Notes: generated from the letters alone by a model not told the origin. A DNA stretch of 62,964 nucleotides, filler included, from Saprolegnia diclina VS20 (GCF_000281045.1; 3 parts of one record of this genome joined end to end with filler, not necessarily neighbours in it); one strand, 5' to 3'. Counted from the first letter of the whole stretch, positions 42,986-56,000 are shown. Made by a program: numbers and translations.

Positions 42986-43985
42986 GATATCGATGGGCAA
43001 GGAATTGTCGAATGTGACGCCTCACAAGATCGCACCCGAAGCGACACCAACCTCGCTAGATACCTCCTCTGATGGGCCTGGCTGCCCCGTAGCTTCTGGC
43101 ACGGACAGCTAGGCTCGGACGCAGGGCTCGTGGAAGCCTCTGCCTACTAGCACCCCATGCGAGCGACCCCGTCTTCCCGGGCTTGCGCGATGCGCCGAGC
43201 TCATCAAGTCCATCGCCATGTTATGCGCGTATCGACCCTTCCTGCGTCCAAGCTTTCGAATCTTGAGAGGTTGCTGCAATAAGTACGTAGTCGTAGGTAT
43301 TAGTTTACGCTCTGTCCTTTAGTTAGTCGAGTTCAATTGAGAGGTTCAAGAAGGATGTGACCACATCGACGGCACGTTGGATCACGGCAAGACATCCAAT
43401 ATGTGCTTTTGAGAGGTCGCGTTGCTTTGAGCACAAGTGATAGTGATGCGTGATATGGAGTGCATCCGCGCATCATAGTATACGTGCTGCTACTAAGACT
43501 CTAGTCGTTTTTTCAATCGAGAATGTATGGTGCTGATCTAGGAGGCGCAGGAGTAGGCTACCAGGAAGGTAACCCCGCTTCTCCACTCTCATCAATCCCA
43601 GGCGGCTCAAGAGGTCCCTCAGAACGAGGGGCCAGAGAGAGCCAAGCGTTCCTTTCCCACGCAAGTAACAGAAGTCGCAAATAGAGGTGTTGTGACTTCC
43701 TGACAAAAGCATGGCGGCGTCGACTATCCACTTCGACTAACTTTCGACTAAACTGCAAATTCAAAACTGAGCGCCCGAAGCGTTGGCTCGGGCCTTTTGA
43801 CTGGCCAAGAGACCATGCGCGAGGGTGCCGCGTATTAATAATGAGGTCTTTTCATATTTGCATACTTTAATCAAGATAAAGGAATTATGCAGCATTATAG
43901 TTAATGTATTTTTATTCACTTTATACCCCTTCTGCTAAGTTTTCAATTCGTGTTCACGTAAGTTTGCCCCGAGATTTGCCGAAGG

Positions 43986-45292
43986 ATGCTACGCACGACG
44001 CGCTTGCTGGCCGGGACCCGGACGACGCTCGCTGCGGCCCATGGCCTCAAGCCCAAGCCCGCGTATGGGCAGCTACGCTTCTTCAGTGCCAAGCGCTCCA
44101 AAAAGGCAGCGGCGCCGGTCGCCAAAGAGGCGGCGGTCGAACAGTCGGCCGGCCTCGACCCGTACGTGCGGGACATTGGCTTCTACATGATCACGGCCGC
44201 GACGCTGCTGGTGGGCACATCGTTCTACAAGAGCATGAACGAAGACGACTCGACGGTGCGTGCGCTGTCCATTCACCTTGCATGCGACCATCTCTGTGCA
44301 GGAAACGTTGGTGTTTCTCCAAGCCAAGCACACGGCGATCCGCAACAAGGTGGTCATTGACATCACGGGACTGCCCACCAAGGTCGAGATGCTGCCGGTA
44401 CGTACATGCGTCTTCCTGCAATGCGGACTCTAAGGACACGACGGCAGGACGCGGTGCCCGAAGGCGCGACGATCTACTCGGGCACGATTGGCCTCGAAGG
44501 CGAGCGGTACGAACGCCCGACAAGGATACATACATATATGCATGCATGTTGTAGCGGGAAGACAGTCGTGCACTACACGGCCGACGCAAGTGCGAAGGAT
44601 GAGAACGGCAAGTACGCGCTCCAGCGCCTCGACTTGATCCAGGCCGATGGCAGCGTCGTCTCGCTCCTGAAACCGCAGCCCACTGTTGTCTTGACCGACG
44701 CCCAAGACGCCGAAGTAAAGGAGCAGCGCAAAGACGAGCTCAAGGCGCTCATCTCCAAGCTGGCGCTGCCGGTACACGCCGACGGAATGGCGCGCGATTA
44801 ATGTGGCGTAGGCGCTTCTGTGCTTTGGCGTCGGGTGCACGGCCGGCTATGTGATGCTGCGCATTCTCAAGAACCGACCCGCGTACATCATCCAGGTACG
44901 CTCGAGGCTGGGCTAGTATGCATGCGAATTGGTCCTAGATGGGGCTCGACCGCGTGAACCAAGTGCCCAAGGTCAAGGACTTTTTAGGTCACCCGATCAA
45001 GACCAACAAAAACACTTACGTGGGCGCGATCTCGGACACGTCCGCCAAGTTTGAGTCGGTGTGCAAGGGCCCCAAAGGTAGCTGTTAGACGCTACGTCGT
45101 TGGTTCGGTTACCGACTAGGAGGGTTAGGGGAAGGCACCATGTTTGTCCAGGCGACGCGCCCCAACACGGCCAGTGGTGCATGGGAGTTCACACACTTGT
45201 CCATGGGCATCAAGGGCCGCGCCAAGAAGATCACGATCGTGGAACCATCGCCCAAGGCGTCGACCCCTCTGCCGATTACACCAAAGGAATAG
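43986..45292 (+). CDS. Mitochondrial membrane protein with Coa1/Tim21-like domain(s), multi-exon
   Basis: Arg-rich presequence; TM; second TM followed by DRVNQVPKVKDFLGHPIK..CKGPKG|EGTMFVQA..WEFTHL. Confidence 0.7.
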
Positions 45293-45522
45293 AATAACCC
45301 TGGCCCCAATACAGCTCCGGTAATCATTGTTCGAGTTGCCAACGTAGCATAGATTGATAGCACTTATATGCTAATACACCTACCCGATGCTAATCATATC
45401 AACCCTTCTATCCTGTTTTATCCTATTTTATCCTGTCCTACCAGATGAACTAAGCTCTTAGTCGTTCCAGTAGCCAAGTCGATGGATATGCAAAATATGT
45501 AGTATTCAAGAAGAGTTAGTCG

Positions 45523-46306
45523 CTAGTACCCAAGTCGGTGCAGCTGTGTCTCGAGGTCCCGGATTTGTTTCGAGAGCTCTTGCGTACGCTTGAAGAGGGC
45601 GCTCGTCGAGAGTCCTTCGATTGTGGTTTGCAGCTCCCGGATCGTCGTCGCGTTGGCTTCTTGAGCGGCTTCGGCCGTGACCGCCCGCGTCTCGAGCGCC
45701 TGCATGTCGGTCTTGGCGTCGGTCTTCTGCGTCTGCAGCGCCGTTTCCAAAGCGGCTACGCGCGCCAGGAGGTTTGTCGTCTCCTCCCGGAGCTTCACCT
45801 TCGCCGCTGCGAGCTCCGACTTGTCGGACGAGAGCGCGTTGACACCGGCCGAGAGATCGTTGATGGTCGTCATGAGCTTCAAGATCTTGTTCTCGAGGCG
45901 CAGCTCGTTCGATGCGGCGCGGGCAGCTGCGTCGTCGGCTTGCGCTTTGAGCGCCTCGTAAGCCTTGCGTTCTGCTTCGAGCTCTGCGGCGGCGACCAGG
46001 TCTGGCGGAGCCGGTGGTTCACCAAGAACCACCTCCATGTCGCTGTCAAAGTCCGTGTCTTCGAGAAGCGGCCCACCAAAGACGGTCCACTCACTCGATT
46101 CGTCGACGTCGCTGCAAGCTGGGCATACCACACAGCGGCCGCGTACAGCATCTTCGTACTTGTCTCGAAACTCAGCACCCTTGGCGGCCAGCGCCTTCTC
46201 ATGGTCAACATGGAGCGCCTTGACGACCGCTTCGTGCTCCGAGGCGCCGGCCAAAGCCGCTTGACGCGCCTCCTCAAGGTTGCCCTTGAGGGCCTTGATG
46301 TCGCCG
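45523..46306 (-). CDS. Coiled-coil protein, 3' part (5' end lost in gap)
   Basis: Open from the gap to the stop at 45523; Ala/Glu/Lys heptad pattern. Confidence 0.7.
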
Positions 46307-46406
46307 NNNNNNNNNNNNNNNNNNNNNNNNNNNNNNNNNNNNNNNNNNNNTTAATTAATTAANNNNNNNNNNNNNNNNNNNNNNNNNNNNNNNNNNNNNN
46401 NNNNNN
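46307..46406. other. Assembly gap with artificial TTAATTAATTAA linker
   Basis: 44 N + linker + 44 N. Confidence 0.98.
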
Positions 46407-47162
46407 AATGTCCGGTTGTCCTTCAATGCACGAGGTCTTTACGGTGCAGTGCGCTGCCTATGGATGGCAGTAGCTGAATTGCGCAACGACGCTAATCGTG
46501 ATCAGCCAGTCCCACAACGCGCCCGACTAATGTTTCTCTGCGGTGTCGGAAGTGAGAATGTCGATCCCACGGCTTTGTGTACACTTAGCGCAACTACGTT
46601 GCCGTGCTCGTTGCAATAGTCGACTTCGAAGCTCGACGCTACTGCCCGGTTGTTCTTGCATCGCGCGATTACCGTGACGCATTGGTCGTTGCAATGGCTG
46701 CAGCGCATGGAACACACTGTCATACCGTGGTCTTTGCGGACTCAAGAGGTGGACTCGAAGCGTGTCTCAGTTCGGCTCGTTTATTCGTGCAGGCGTTCGA
46801 ACATCAACGGCTTTCACGGCTTGTGGCATTCGGACCCCCTAGATGATTCGCTCAGCGCCGACTCTACGCTCAAGTGCGCAAGAGACACGAGCTTGAAACT
46901 CGCGGCGCTTGAGACCCGAGAGGTAGTTGACGTCGAAAGCTGCCGTCGATAGCTTGCTCTCCGTGCCTCGTACCTCCTTGTTTTGTCGAAGCGCATGAGC
47001 GTTTGCCATGTCGAATGGCAATTCTGTTGCCAAAACGTCGGTTGGCGGATCAAGCTGTTGCACCAGACATCTGATATCTGGTGAAGATCGAAGGGCATCC
47101 TGTTTTTGCTACAGGTTGCGTTGCGATTCGCTCCAACTTGCTCTCGGGCGCGAGCGTGTTGA

Positions 47163-47178
47163 TCATTGTTCAATTCGC
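47163..47178 (+). promoter_or_regulatory. Oomycete INR+FPR core promoter
   Basis: TCATTGTTCAATTCGC just upstream of ATG 47184; resembles the TCATTYYNCAWTT consensus. Confidence 0.6.
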
Positions 47179-47183
47179 CTGCC

Positions 47184-48464
47184 ATGGTTCGCATCACGCT
47201 ACCCTTCTTCTCCTTTTGCCTCTCGGCGCTCTCGTCGACGCTGGCTGCTGACGCGGTGACTCAAGTCCACTTGGGGTTTGCTGCGAGCTGCCCCTACGGC
47301 ATCTCGGTGTCCTTTGCGAGTAGCCAAGCCCAGCCCTTCTCGGTCAAGTTTGGAGACAACCAAGTGGCGACGTCGACCGCCACGACATACTCGGACGGGA
47401 ACTACAAGTCGCCCCATTTGCACACAGCCGACCTCTGCAAGCTCACGCCTCGCAAGACATATCCGTACTCGATCGGGTCGTTCCAGGCGTCGTTTGTGGC
47501 TCCACCGGCGCCCGGCGATAGTGCAGCGCCGACGGTGCTCGGTATCGTCGGCGACATGGACTTCAACGACCGAAGTCTCCGCAGCTTCCGCACACCGGTC
47601 AACGGCCACAAAACGCAAGCGATTCTCGTCGCCGGCGACTGGACGTACGCCAACGGGAAGCAAGACAAGTGGGACAAGTGGTTCGACTTGCAAGTGCCGA
47701 CGCTCTCGACACTGCCGACGACAGGGATCAATGGCAATCACGAAGTGACGGTCGGCGGTGAAAAGTACAAGGCGTACCTGCGGCGCGTGCCCGGTCCGAT
47801 CTCTGAGACCAACAAGGCGGCGTTCCGGACGTACTATGCGATCAACGTCGGTCTTGTCCACGCAGTCTTCCTCGACGATTACGTGGGATCGCAAAGCGGG
47901 AGCGTCGGCAGCAAAGGCTGGCTCGCCGAGCGCAACCAGCAGTTGGAGTGGCTCCAAAAGGACTTGGCGGCCGTCGACCGAACCAAGACGCCGTATGTGA
48001 TTGTCATCAAGCACAACCCGTTCTACAACACGTTTGACGACCACCAGTGCGTGTGCGGGTCGACACCGTTCGAGATCAGCAACGTCGAGACGTGTTGGGC
48101 AGGCAAGTACAAGAAGGCGTCGTCCGAACCCCACTGCGGCCTTCAAGCCAAGCTCGAAGACGTCTGCAGCAAGTTCAAAGTCAACGTCGTCTTTGCCGGT
48201 CACTGCCACGCGTACGAGCGCACGCACCTCGTCTTCAAGAACAAGGTCGACAAGACCAAGGGCATTGTGTACGTCACGACGGGCGCGGGCGGCCGTGGCC
48301 ACGGCGGGCGTCGCGTCTCGTCCGTGCCGCAGTGGTCGGCCTTTGCCGAAGGGGACATTTACGGCACGTCGCGCATCATCGCCACGCGCACCAACATGCA
48401 AGTGCTATGGGTCGCCCACGACAACATGGCCAAGCCGCTCGACGCATTCACGGTGCTTCCGTAA
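47184..48464 (+). CDS. Secreted purple acid phosphatase (calcineurin-like metallophosphoesterase)
   Basis: Signal peptide; PAP N-domain; GDMD, GDWTY, GNHE, KHNPFY, GHCHAYER. Confidence 0.93.
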   Translation: MVRITLPFFSFCLSALSSTLAADAVTQVHLGFAASCPYGISVSFASSQAQPFSVKFGDNQVATSTATTYSDGNYKSPHLHTADLCKLTPRKTYPYSIGSFQASFVAPPAPGDSAAPTVLGIVGDMDFNDRSLRSFRTPVNGHKTQAILVAGDWTYANGKQDKWDKWFDLQVPTLSTLPTTGINGNHEVTVGGEKYKAYLRRVPGPISETNKAAFRTYYAINVGLVHAVFLDDYVGSQSGSVGSKGWLAERNQQLEWLQKDLAAVDRTKTPYVIVIKHNPFYNTFDDHQCVCGSTPFEISNVETCWAGKYKKASSEPHCGLQAKLEDVCSKFKVNVVFAGHCHAYERTHLVFKNKVDKTKGIVYVTTGAGGRGHGGRRVSSVPQWSAFAEGDIYGTSRIIATRTNMQVLWVAHDNMAKPLDAFTVLP

Positions 48465-48699
48465 TGTGCTCTCGTCGCGCCACGTCATATCCTTTCTCTC
48501 GTTTTGTAACTGCCATGGCATTCCTTCTTCAATCCAGTGTCTGTATCGATACAGTGTATCTCGCATCCAGTACAGTGCATGGTTTGCACTCTCCTCGTTC
48601 GAACTCGGCGGCCAGCGACTGCACACAAATTCAAGTGTCGGGTTGGTCAAGTTGCCTACTACTACAGTAGAAACAATCGACTAAGGTTATCATGACAAC

Positions 48700-51202
48700 C
48701 TAATGCGCAAGGGCAGGCAAAAACCCAACGCCCATATCATAGACCGGCGCCGGGCCAACGAACTCTTGCAAGAGAGCCTTGGCGATGGCGAGCGTGTCGC
48801 CGTGGGCGTCGATCGGGTACGAGATGATTTCGGTCTGCCACCCAAGCTCGAAGGCTTCCATGGCCGCCTTGGTCGCCTTCTCGTCGACCGGCCGCTTGGC
48901 CTCGTACGCACTGCACACTTCGTTGAGCCAGATGCGCCAGCGGACGAGGTAGTAGCTGCCGACAAGACCCGCCCACTGCTTGGTCGCATAGTCGCCAAGT
49001 GTGTTGCCGTTGCTGTCACCCCAGCGCGTCACCTGATTGCGGGCTTCGTACTCGTAGTACAACGCAAGGTCGGTGTTGCTCCCGGCGAGGTCCTTGGCGT
49101 CAAAGAGCCAGCGGCCAAGGAGAAAGTCGTGGTGGGAAGCGAGCACCCGCTCCATGCCTACGATCCGGTCCAAGATGCGCTGGGCGATCGCGTAGACCTA
49201 TCCACCATCATCATCAACCGCACGTTTGCAATCGGCAAAGCTACCTCGCTCGACGACGCGCTGCCGGCACGAAAGACCGCGCGAAGATGCTTGTAGTCGA
49301 TCAAGATGGCGTCGCTGAGTGCTTGACGTGTCACGTCGACGACGTCGTGCAGGTACGTGTCGGTGGTGGCGAGGGCCGGTGCCGAGTCTGCGGCACGAAG
49401 CAGGCTCTGCCACGCCCGGATGACAGCGCCGTGGTCGTAGCTGATGTTGGACGGCATGAACGTCGAGGCGTCGAGGTGCCAATGCGGCCGGCGCGTCACG
49501 ATGCTCTTGGTGACGCCGCCATACTCTTTCGTTACGTTGTAGACCGATGAGGACAATAGTGTCCACGCAGCAAGAGCGTTGGCATCGCTGCTGTGGTAGC
49601 GCGACGTCACGTAGCTGTTGACGTACGACGGCACGTCGACGGGCGAGGCGGCCCACGCCATGGCGAGCGCGAGGTCGTACACAATGTAATTTTGAAAAAT
49701 GCCTTCCATCGTGAGGCCGACGCCGACCATCGTGCCATTGCTACGCCCACGGGCAGCGACGGGGTCGGTCGCGAGCGTCGGGAGGTCGCCCTTGAGTCCG
49801 AGATTGCCGCCAAAGTTGTGCAAGACGCAGTAGATCCACGACTTGCCAAAGTAGTTGTGGCTCTTTTCCCAGATCGGCACCACCTCGCTACGTAAGCCAA
49901 AATCACTCAACTCAGAAACCCCAAGAAACAATAAAAAATGGTCACAAACGTACCTGTAGAGGTCGAGGATGAGCAGCTTGTCATCGGGAACACCGCCAAC
50001 GTAGGCCTCAATGCGGTCGTTGGTCCAGTAGTCGCTCAAGAAGAGCCAGCCTTGCATGAGCCACACTGCGTTCGGATCCGACGCGACCATGCTGTCGATG
50101 ACGGCTTTCGATGCTTTTGCGAGGTACGGCAGGTCCGACTGCGACGGATCCATCTCGTTGTACGTGTCGGCTTGGTACAAGGACGACGTGTAGCCATACA
50201 GGCGGCGCTGCACGGCCACAAAGGTCTTGCCGATCGCGAGGTAGAGCGGGTCGGTCGGCTCGAGCATGTAGACGCAGCAGTACGCGTCCGGAAAGTTGCC
50301 CCAGTTGGGCGACCGCGAGATCGATGCGTTGGCAAACTTGGACGCGACTTCTTCGGGCACATGGCCCGCAAAGCCAGGTAGCGCCGGGAGCATCCCAAAC
50401 GCGCGCATCCGGGCGAGAATGCGCACTTGGAGTTCAAACTGGTCGTCAATAAACGCCTGGGGCAGCGGACCCTTGACCCAGCTGCCGCGGAGGTTGCCCA
50501 TGCGCCCCCACGCGAGGAACGCGGCGCCGGCAAAGAACTTGTCCATGCCTGCGGTGGAGATGCCAAACTGCTCGAACGTCGCCTGCCACACTTTCTCTTG
50601 GCCTGTAAACGCCAATGGCATGTTGATGCCGTTGAGCGCCATCCAGTCAATGTGCTTTTCCCATTTCGCCCAGGACCACGACCACGACGAGTAGCTCACC
50701 GTGCACACGTTTTGGTAGTACGTGTACTTGGAGGCCTTCTCGAGGCGGTGGCTGCCAGGCGGAAGGGGCAGCACCGGCGGCAGCTGGAGGGCGTGATCTT
50801 CCCAGTCCGTCTGTGTGTGCACGACCGTCTTGAGGTACCTACGTGCGCATGACGCCGCTTGTCGCGAGTGTCATAGGACAAACCATTGGAGGCCATAGCC
50901 CAATGCGGTGGCGCTCGAGCCCGCCAGGCGTATCTTGCCGTCGACAGCGCTCACTTCGGCCACGTCGAGGCCCTCGGCCGTCGGTGCCACCGTGGCAAAT
51001 GTAAACTAGACATGCGTCCATCGGGGTCTTGGGCCTTATATGGGCGTAGTACCTGCTCGACGTAGCGATGGCCGAGGCGGCGGACGACGAGGTCGGTCAC
51101 TGCAGCAACCGCATCGTGCTCGGGGAAGGTGAGGTCGACGCCCGCGGCCACGCCGCCCAGGAGCGTCGCCACGACGCAGCAGAGAAGCTGAACCAAACGC
51201 AT
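48700..51202 (-). CDS. NAGLU: Alpha-N-acetylglucosaminidase (GH89), secreted, multi-exon
   Basis: Signal peptide; YYQNVCTVSYS..WEKHIDWMALNGINMPLA, FLAWGRMGN, LHNFGG, GLTMEG, YEARNQVTRWG, DYATKQWAGL. Confidence 0.95.
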
Positions 51203-51508
51203 GTTGGCTTTTCTTTGATTCCATGACGTGCGGCCAGCGTATCCGGACCTGCCTCCTTGAAGCTAAAATCACGCAACCGTATCTTTGGAAAGGCAATCTC
51301 AAACGAATCTCAAACCATTGCCGCTGTCTCTGGCATGACCGCTGGCGTCCGTCCGCACCCAATGACAGCTCCTACGCACGACAGTATGACGCCATGCGCC
51401 GCACATCGAACCAGTCGCGCCTACCGGTCCCCCTCTGTCGCTCTACGAATCGAACACCGCTTACATACGCCAAGATCTTAGAGGGTAACGCTCTTGACGA
51501 GATATATT

Positions 51509-53005
51509 TTATACTGTGTCCATGGCGGGGTCGGGCGTCACGACCAGTAGCCGCGGCTTGAGCGTCGCGCTCAAGTAAAACTCGACGCACGGCGCCGACT
51601 CGAGGTTGCAGCCGCGCGGCTCAAAGCCAAAGATAAGGAGTACAATGGCCGCGAGCACGAGGACGCCAGCGCACACGAGCATGATCGTGCGGCCCGACCA
51701 CTGCGCCTCGAGGAGGATCGGGATCACGTACGGTCCGGCGGTGGCACCAATGCGGCTAAACGCCGAGGGATACGCCGCCCCCATGGCGCGGATCGGCGTC
51801 GGGTAGTTCTCGGGCGTGTACGCGTAGAGGGCCCCCCACGCGCCGAGCATGAACCACGACATGAAGGCGCCCGTGACCATGAGATTGGTCTGCGTGTTCT
51901 CGACATAGCCAAAGGCGATGGCCGAAACCGCAGCGCCGACCAAGTGCATTGCGAGCGTCTTCTTGCGGCCAAAGACCTCGACAAGGTACGCGGCCGAGAG
52001 GTACCCGGGAAATTGCCAGAAAATAATGAAAAAAAGCGTTCCCGTCGAGCCGTTGAGGTCAAACCCATTCGGCTCTTTCGAGCGCAAGTCGGGCAGCCAA
52101 ATGTAGATGGCATAGTACGTAAACGAGAGACAGCACCAGACCGTCCAGAGCACGAGCGTGCGCGAGAGAAACTCGCCGCGGAAGAGGAGCCCGACGCGCT
52201 CGGAAGGCGTGAGGAGCCGGCAGTCGAACGCGTCAAGCCCCGACGGATGCTGGACAACGCGGAGCGCGCCTTCGTTGGCCTTGGCTGGGAGGATACCGTG
52301 CGCGCGCTCGATCTTGCACGTCACTTCGCGCGCTTCGTGGACGCGATGGACGCTCGCGAGCCATTTCGGGGACTCGGGCACAATGTAGCGGACTGCGATC
52401 GCATAGACCATCGAGACGGCCGAGATGTATAGGACGACGCGCCAGGAGACGACCTTGGTGAGCTCAAACGCGAGGAGGACGGCTACCATGCACCCAATCG
52501 ACCAGAACGACTCGAGGAGCACGACCATGCGACCGCGGACCGGCGCCGGTGCGAGCTCCTGGACTAGCGTCGAGGCTACTGGGAGCTCGCCGCCAAGACC
52601 AATGCCGCCGATGAAGCGGCATGCGAGGAGGAGCCCGTAGCTGGTCGCGGCGCCGCAGACCACCATCGACACCATGAAGATGAGCATCGTGAGCATGAAC
52701 ATGGGCTTCCGCCCGTAGACGTCGGCGAGCATGCCAAAGGCGATGGCGCCGACAAACGAGCCGGCAAAAGCAGCCGACCCGAGAAGCCCAATCTGGTGCC
52801 CCGAGAGCGCCGAGCCGTCGCTGTTGCGCACGTCGACCTGCCAACCCTTTGCGCCGAGGTACGTGAAGAGGAAGGTGTCCATCGAGTCCATCGCCCAGCC
52901 AAGGCCCGTTTTGGCGAGGAGGCCCCAGTAGTAAGCCGAGATGCCGAGGCAGCCGCCGAGCGGGAGGTTGTCGAGTCGATGCGCAATGCTCTGGACCGAC
53001 GTCAT
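51509..53005 (-). CDS. MFS transporter, NiaP/YceI (SV2-related) type
   Basis: GLGWAMDSMD, ADVYGRK, GLGGELPVASTLV.E..RGRMVVLLESFWSIG, PESPKWL, GAWGALYAYTPENYPT; intronless. Confidence 0.92.
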   Translation of the reverse strand: MTSVQSIAHRLDNLPLGGCLGISAYYWGLLAKTGLGWAMDSMDTFLFTYLGAKGWQVDVRNSDGSALSGHQIGLLGSAAFAGSFVGAIAFGMLADVYGRKPMFMLTMLIFMVSMVVCGAATSYGLLLACRFIGGIGLGGELPVASTLVQELAPAPVRGRMVVLLESFWSIGCMVAVLLAFELTKVVSWRVVLYISAVSMVYAIAVRYIVPESPKWLASVHRVHEAREVTCKIERAHGILPAKANEGALRVVQHPSGLDAFDCRLLTPSERVGLLFRGEFLSRTLVLWTVWCCLSFTYYAIYIWLPDLRSKEPNGFDLNGSTGTLFFIIFWQFPGYLSAAYLVEVFGRKKTLAMHLVGAAVSAIAFGYVENTQTNLMVTGAFMSWFMLGAWGALYAYTPENYPTPIRAMGAAYPSAFSRIGATAGPYVIPILLEAQWSGRTIMLVCAGVLVLAAIVLLIFGFEPRGCNLESAPCVEFYLSATLKPRLLVVTPDPAMDTV

Positions 53006-56000
53006 GCTGATCGAACAATGCGAAGTTTGAAAAGCTATCGGCGTCAGCGCAGCGAAGGGTGTGTCACGTGCGCTCGTCGGACGAGACGGAGAATGCGCCG
53101 AGCAATCGCGGAAGCGCTGGTCGATAGGACGGACAACGCGGGCGAACTCGTTGCATTTCGCAGAAGTACGGACGAGAGCTTCAACAGCACCGCGTGGATT
53201 CGCCACTGATTGGTATCACAGGACCGACCGTCGGAAGATCGTTGTGTACTTGGGTGATGCGCAGAACATGGCGGGCGCAGTGCAGTGAGGACACTTGCCT
53301 GATGTCAGTGCCGGCGTTCAGCGTCACGAGTCCCGGGACTCACCATCCCTCTTCTGGCCGCAAGAATATATATCTTCCAGTGCCACTCGCAAATGCCAAT
53401 AAGAACAACGTGGTGGCTTGGATTACATGCACCCAACTATTTTCAGTGCGATGACGCGCGAGCTGTCGATCGATCTGGAACGGCGCGGTGATAGACGCAA
53501 ACTGACACTATTCGCATATGGATCCGGCATTTCTGCCGCCAAATCTCACGTTTCTCTCGGTGGCGTCCAATGTTTCTCTTGCTCGATATCGCGCCCGAAT
53601 CTCAAGGCGAATGGCTTTGGCGATACACTTATCTTCTCGGGTGTCCCTGCCACCCCTTTGTACAGTGGACGTTGGTGTTGGTTCCGGAGCGGTCAAGTAC
53701 AAACTCGGATGCATTCTTTCTCTAACAAGACCGAGCTACTTGGGGCAACAACAACCGTGTTGGTGTCCGCCATATCAGAGTTGTGGGCGAGGCGGGGTAG
53801 CTTTTGACTGATAATATGAGATCGTGGATGGCTCGAGCTCGCTTCCTCTGCGCCTGGATCTTGGTCCGTGCGTGTGCTTCTATATCTTGGTCTTCCAGTA
53901 CTCGGCCTTGCGCGGAAAACCTCTTCCACGTCTTGGAAATGGCGCAAAAAGCCTCCGAGTTCGTGTTCACCAATTTTGATTGCAACAAGAAGAGTCCGTG
54001 TCTTCAAGTACGACACCTGTACACGTTGTACCTACTGTCTCAACGAAACCTGTGCACACAAATCACAGTCTATTACACTGGCCGACACGAGTTGATACAC
54101 AACACAGTTGCTGCGTGGAACTATCGCTCGGGTGTCTGGATTATGGTCGGATCTAGTGTGAATCTCGACGGCTTCAGTCCACGAATACTGGTAGAACTAT
54201 CATCAGCGCTCGATCAAACGTACACTAGATGCCAGCATTACATCAAATGCCATGCATTGTACTGTTATGCGCGGTTCCTAAGCGCTTGGGCACCATAGAC
54301 TACTGCGATTGGCAGTAATACCAGTTAGTCGATGAACCGACTGGGACGTTTGCTCCTACACCTGGAAACATGCCTCGAAACCAACGCCAAGGGCGGCCAA
54401 GTATCGATGCAGCGACGCGAGGTAACACGCGTGACTGGTTTGGCGACGATCTTCGGTCCCAACATGGCCTCGAATTGTCCACCTTGGTCAACTGCCGCTG
54501 CGTGCGCTGCCAGCATCATCGGAATTAGCAAGACCAAAAATGCGTTTAGAGCTCGTCGAGGGACGTCATTTGGCCCAAGCGCCGCGCGTCTGTAGTTGGG
54601 TCGACCATCAAAGGCAAGAGCTTCCTACGACTACAAGTTCTCGGGTAGATATCGCGCGACAGATGTCGACCACATTGATTCGAAAGAATGATGTTGTCAC
54701 CTTGATGGTGGGCGATGAAGTGACGAACAGAGCATCCCAGAAATGGAACCCGAGACTACGACTGCGACTAACAACACCACGGGCAGGGACCTGTTGTGTC
54801 TGGTTCGGTCAAGCCATGCCAGCCGATGCAAGCGTGTATCGCTGGAGAGTTATGACTCCAGGAAGCGAGTAGCCTAGAGTCTTGGTAGCTTGTGTGCATG
54901 GTGTAGATAGGATAGTGCTTAGGTGTCATATACGGATGATGTCCGGTAGCGACCCTATACGGTAGTGACCCATCATAGAGCCTCTTGACGAAGGTCTCAT
55001 CCGGCACAACCTATCGTTCTATCCACAACGCTGGCCTCCATAGTCTCAGTTCCCAATCTGCCTTCGTGGCGTAATGCAATACAACTGCCTGCTTCCTGGG
55101 AGATGGCTCTCCCCTCGCTGCGTCGTTTGCGTTGCACTGCGGAAGCCACCACAGACCTCGGGTACAGAACACTCTGCACCACCACCTGGATAGGTTCGGG
55201 ACACCGATGCGCACCATACAGCTCGTTATCTCTCCCAGCCCTTCGCTAAGAAGCTTTCAGGTATACTCACTGGTATCTCTGCAAGAGATGACGAAGACGA
55301 ATGTTGCCATTGTTGCTCAAGTGCCCGAGAATGGATGCGTATTTGAAACGGCGCGTACAACCCTCTCGGAAGGCCGCCGAGGCATCTTCTGCCCAGCAGA
55401 TCGCCTGTCGAGGGTTGGATTCAACCGCTCGCAGCGCATACCGTGGTCGCTGATGGCGGATGCAGCGATGCACTGACAACTAGCAACTAGGAAATCACAT
55501 TACATGAGTAGGTTTAGAATACACCAGTAACGAGCGCTCTTCTACACGCTTGAATCTTGGTTGCTCGGTTACAGTGCAGTGGCGCGAGCGTGACCAGAGT
55601 TCCTCCCCTGCAAGGCCAACGAACAGCACAGAACTGCCTCGAGCTTCCGCGCCCGAGTGCCGTGTTCGGCCCCAGCCTGCCACGCTCCCATCAATGGCAA
55701 ACAAACACCAACCGATGGACTCGAAGCTGTGGTCACTATGCCGAGGCAGACATGTTGCACTGGGGTGAAATTCGAGTGGTCGAGGACTCGCATGGCGAAC
55801 TGCCCCTCTTCGCCCAGGGTGGGCACGTGCGAGTTCAACCAGTGTGTCGCTTCTTTTCGACGCCGCCGCAAGCTCGTGCACAAGCGCTGGGACGCGATGC
55901 AACGGATGCACCACCGAGATAGCTCACCGAGAGAATCGGCGGGATACACTGTACTCTAGTCGAACGGCCACCGTGCATACCAGAACGCTGTTCGACCTTG

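Noticed and set aside
54332..54595. RhoGAP-like LATIFGPNM motif
   Set aside because: Too short and lacks the rest of the domain; probably chance or a remnant.
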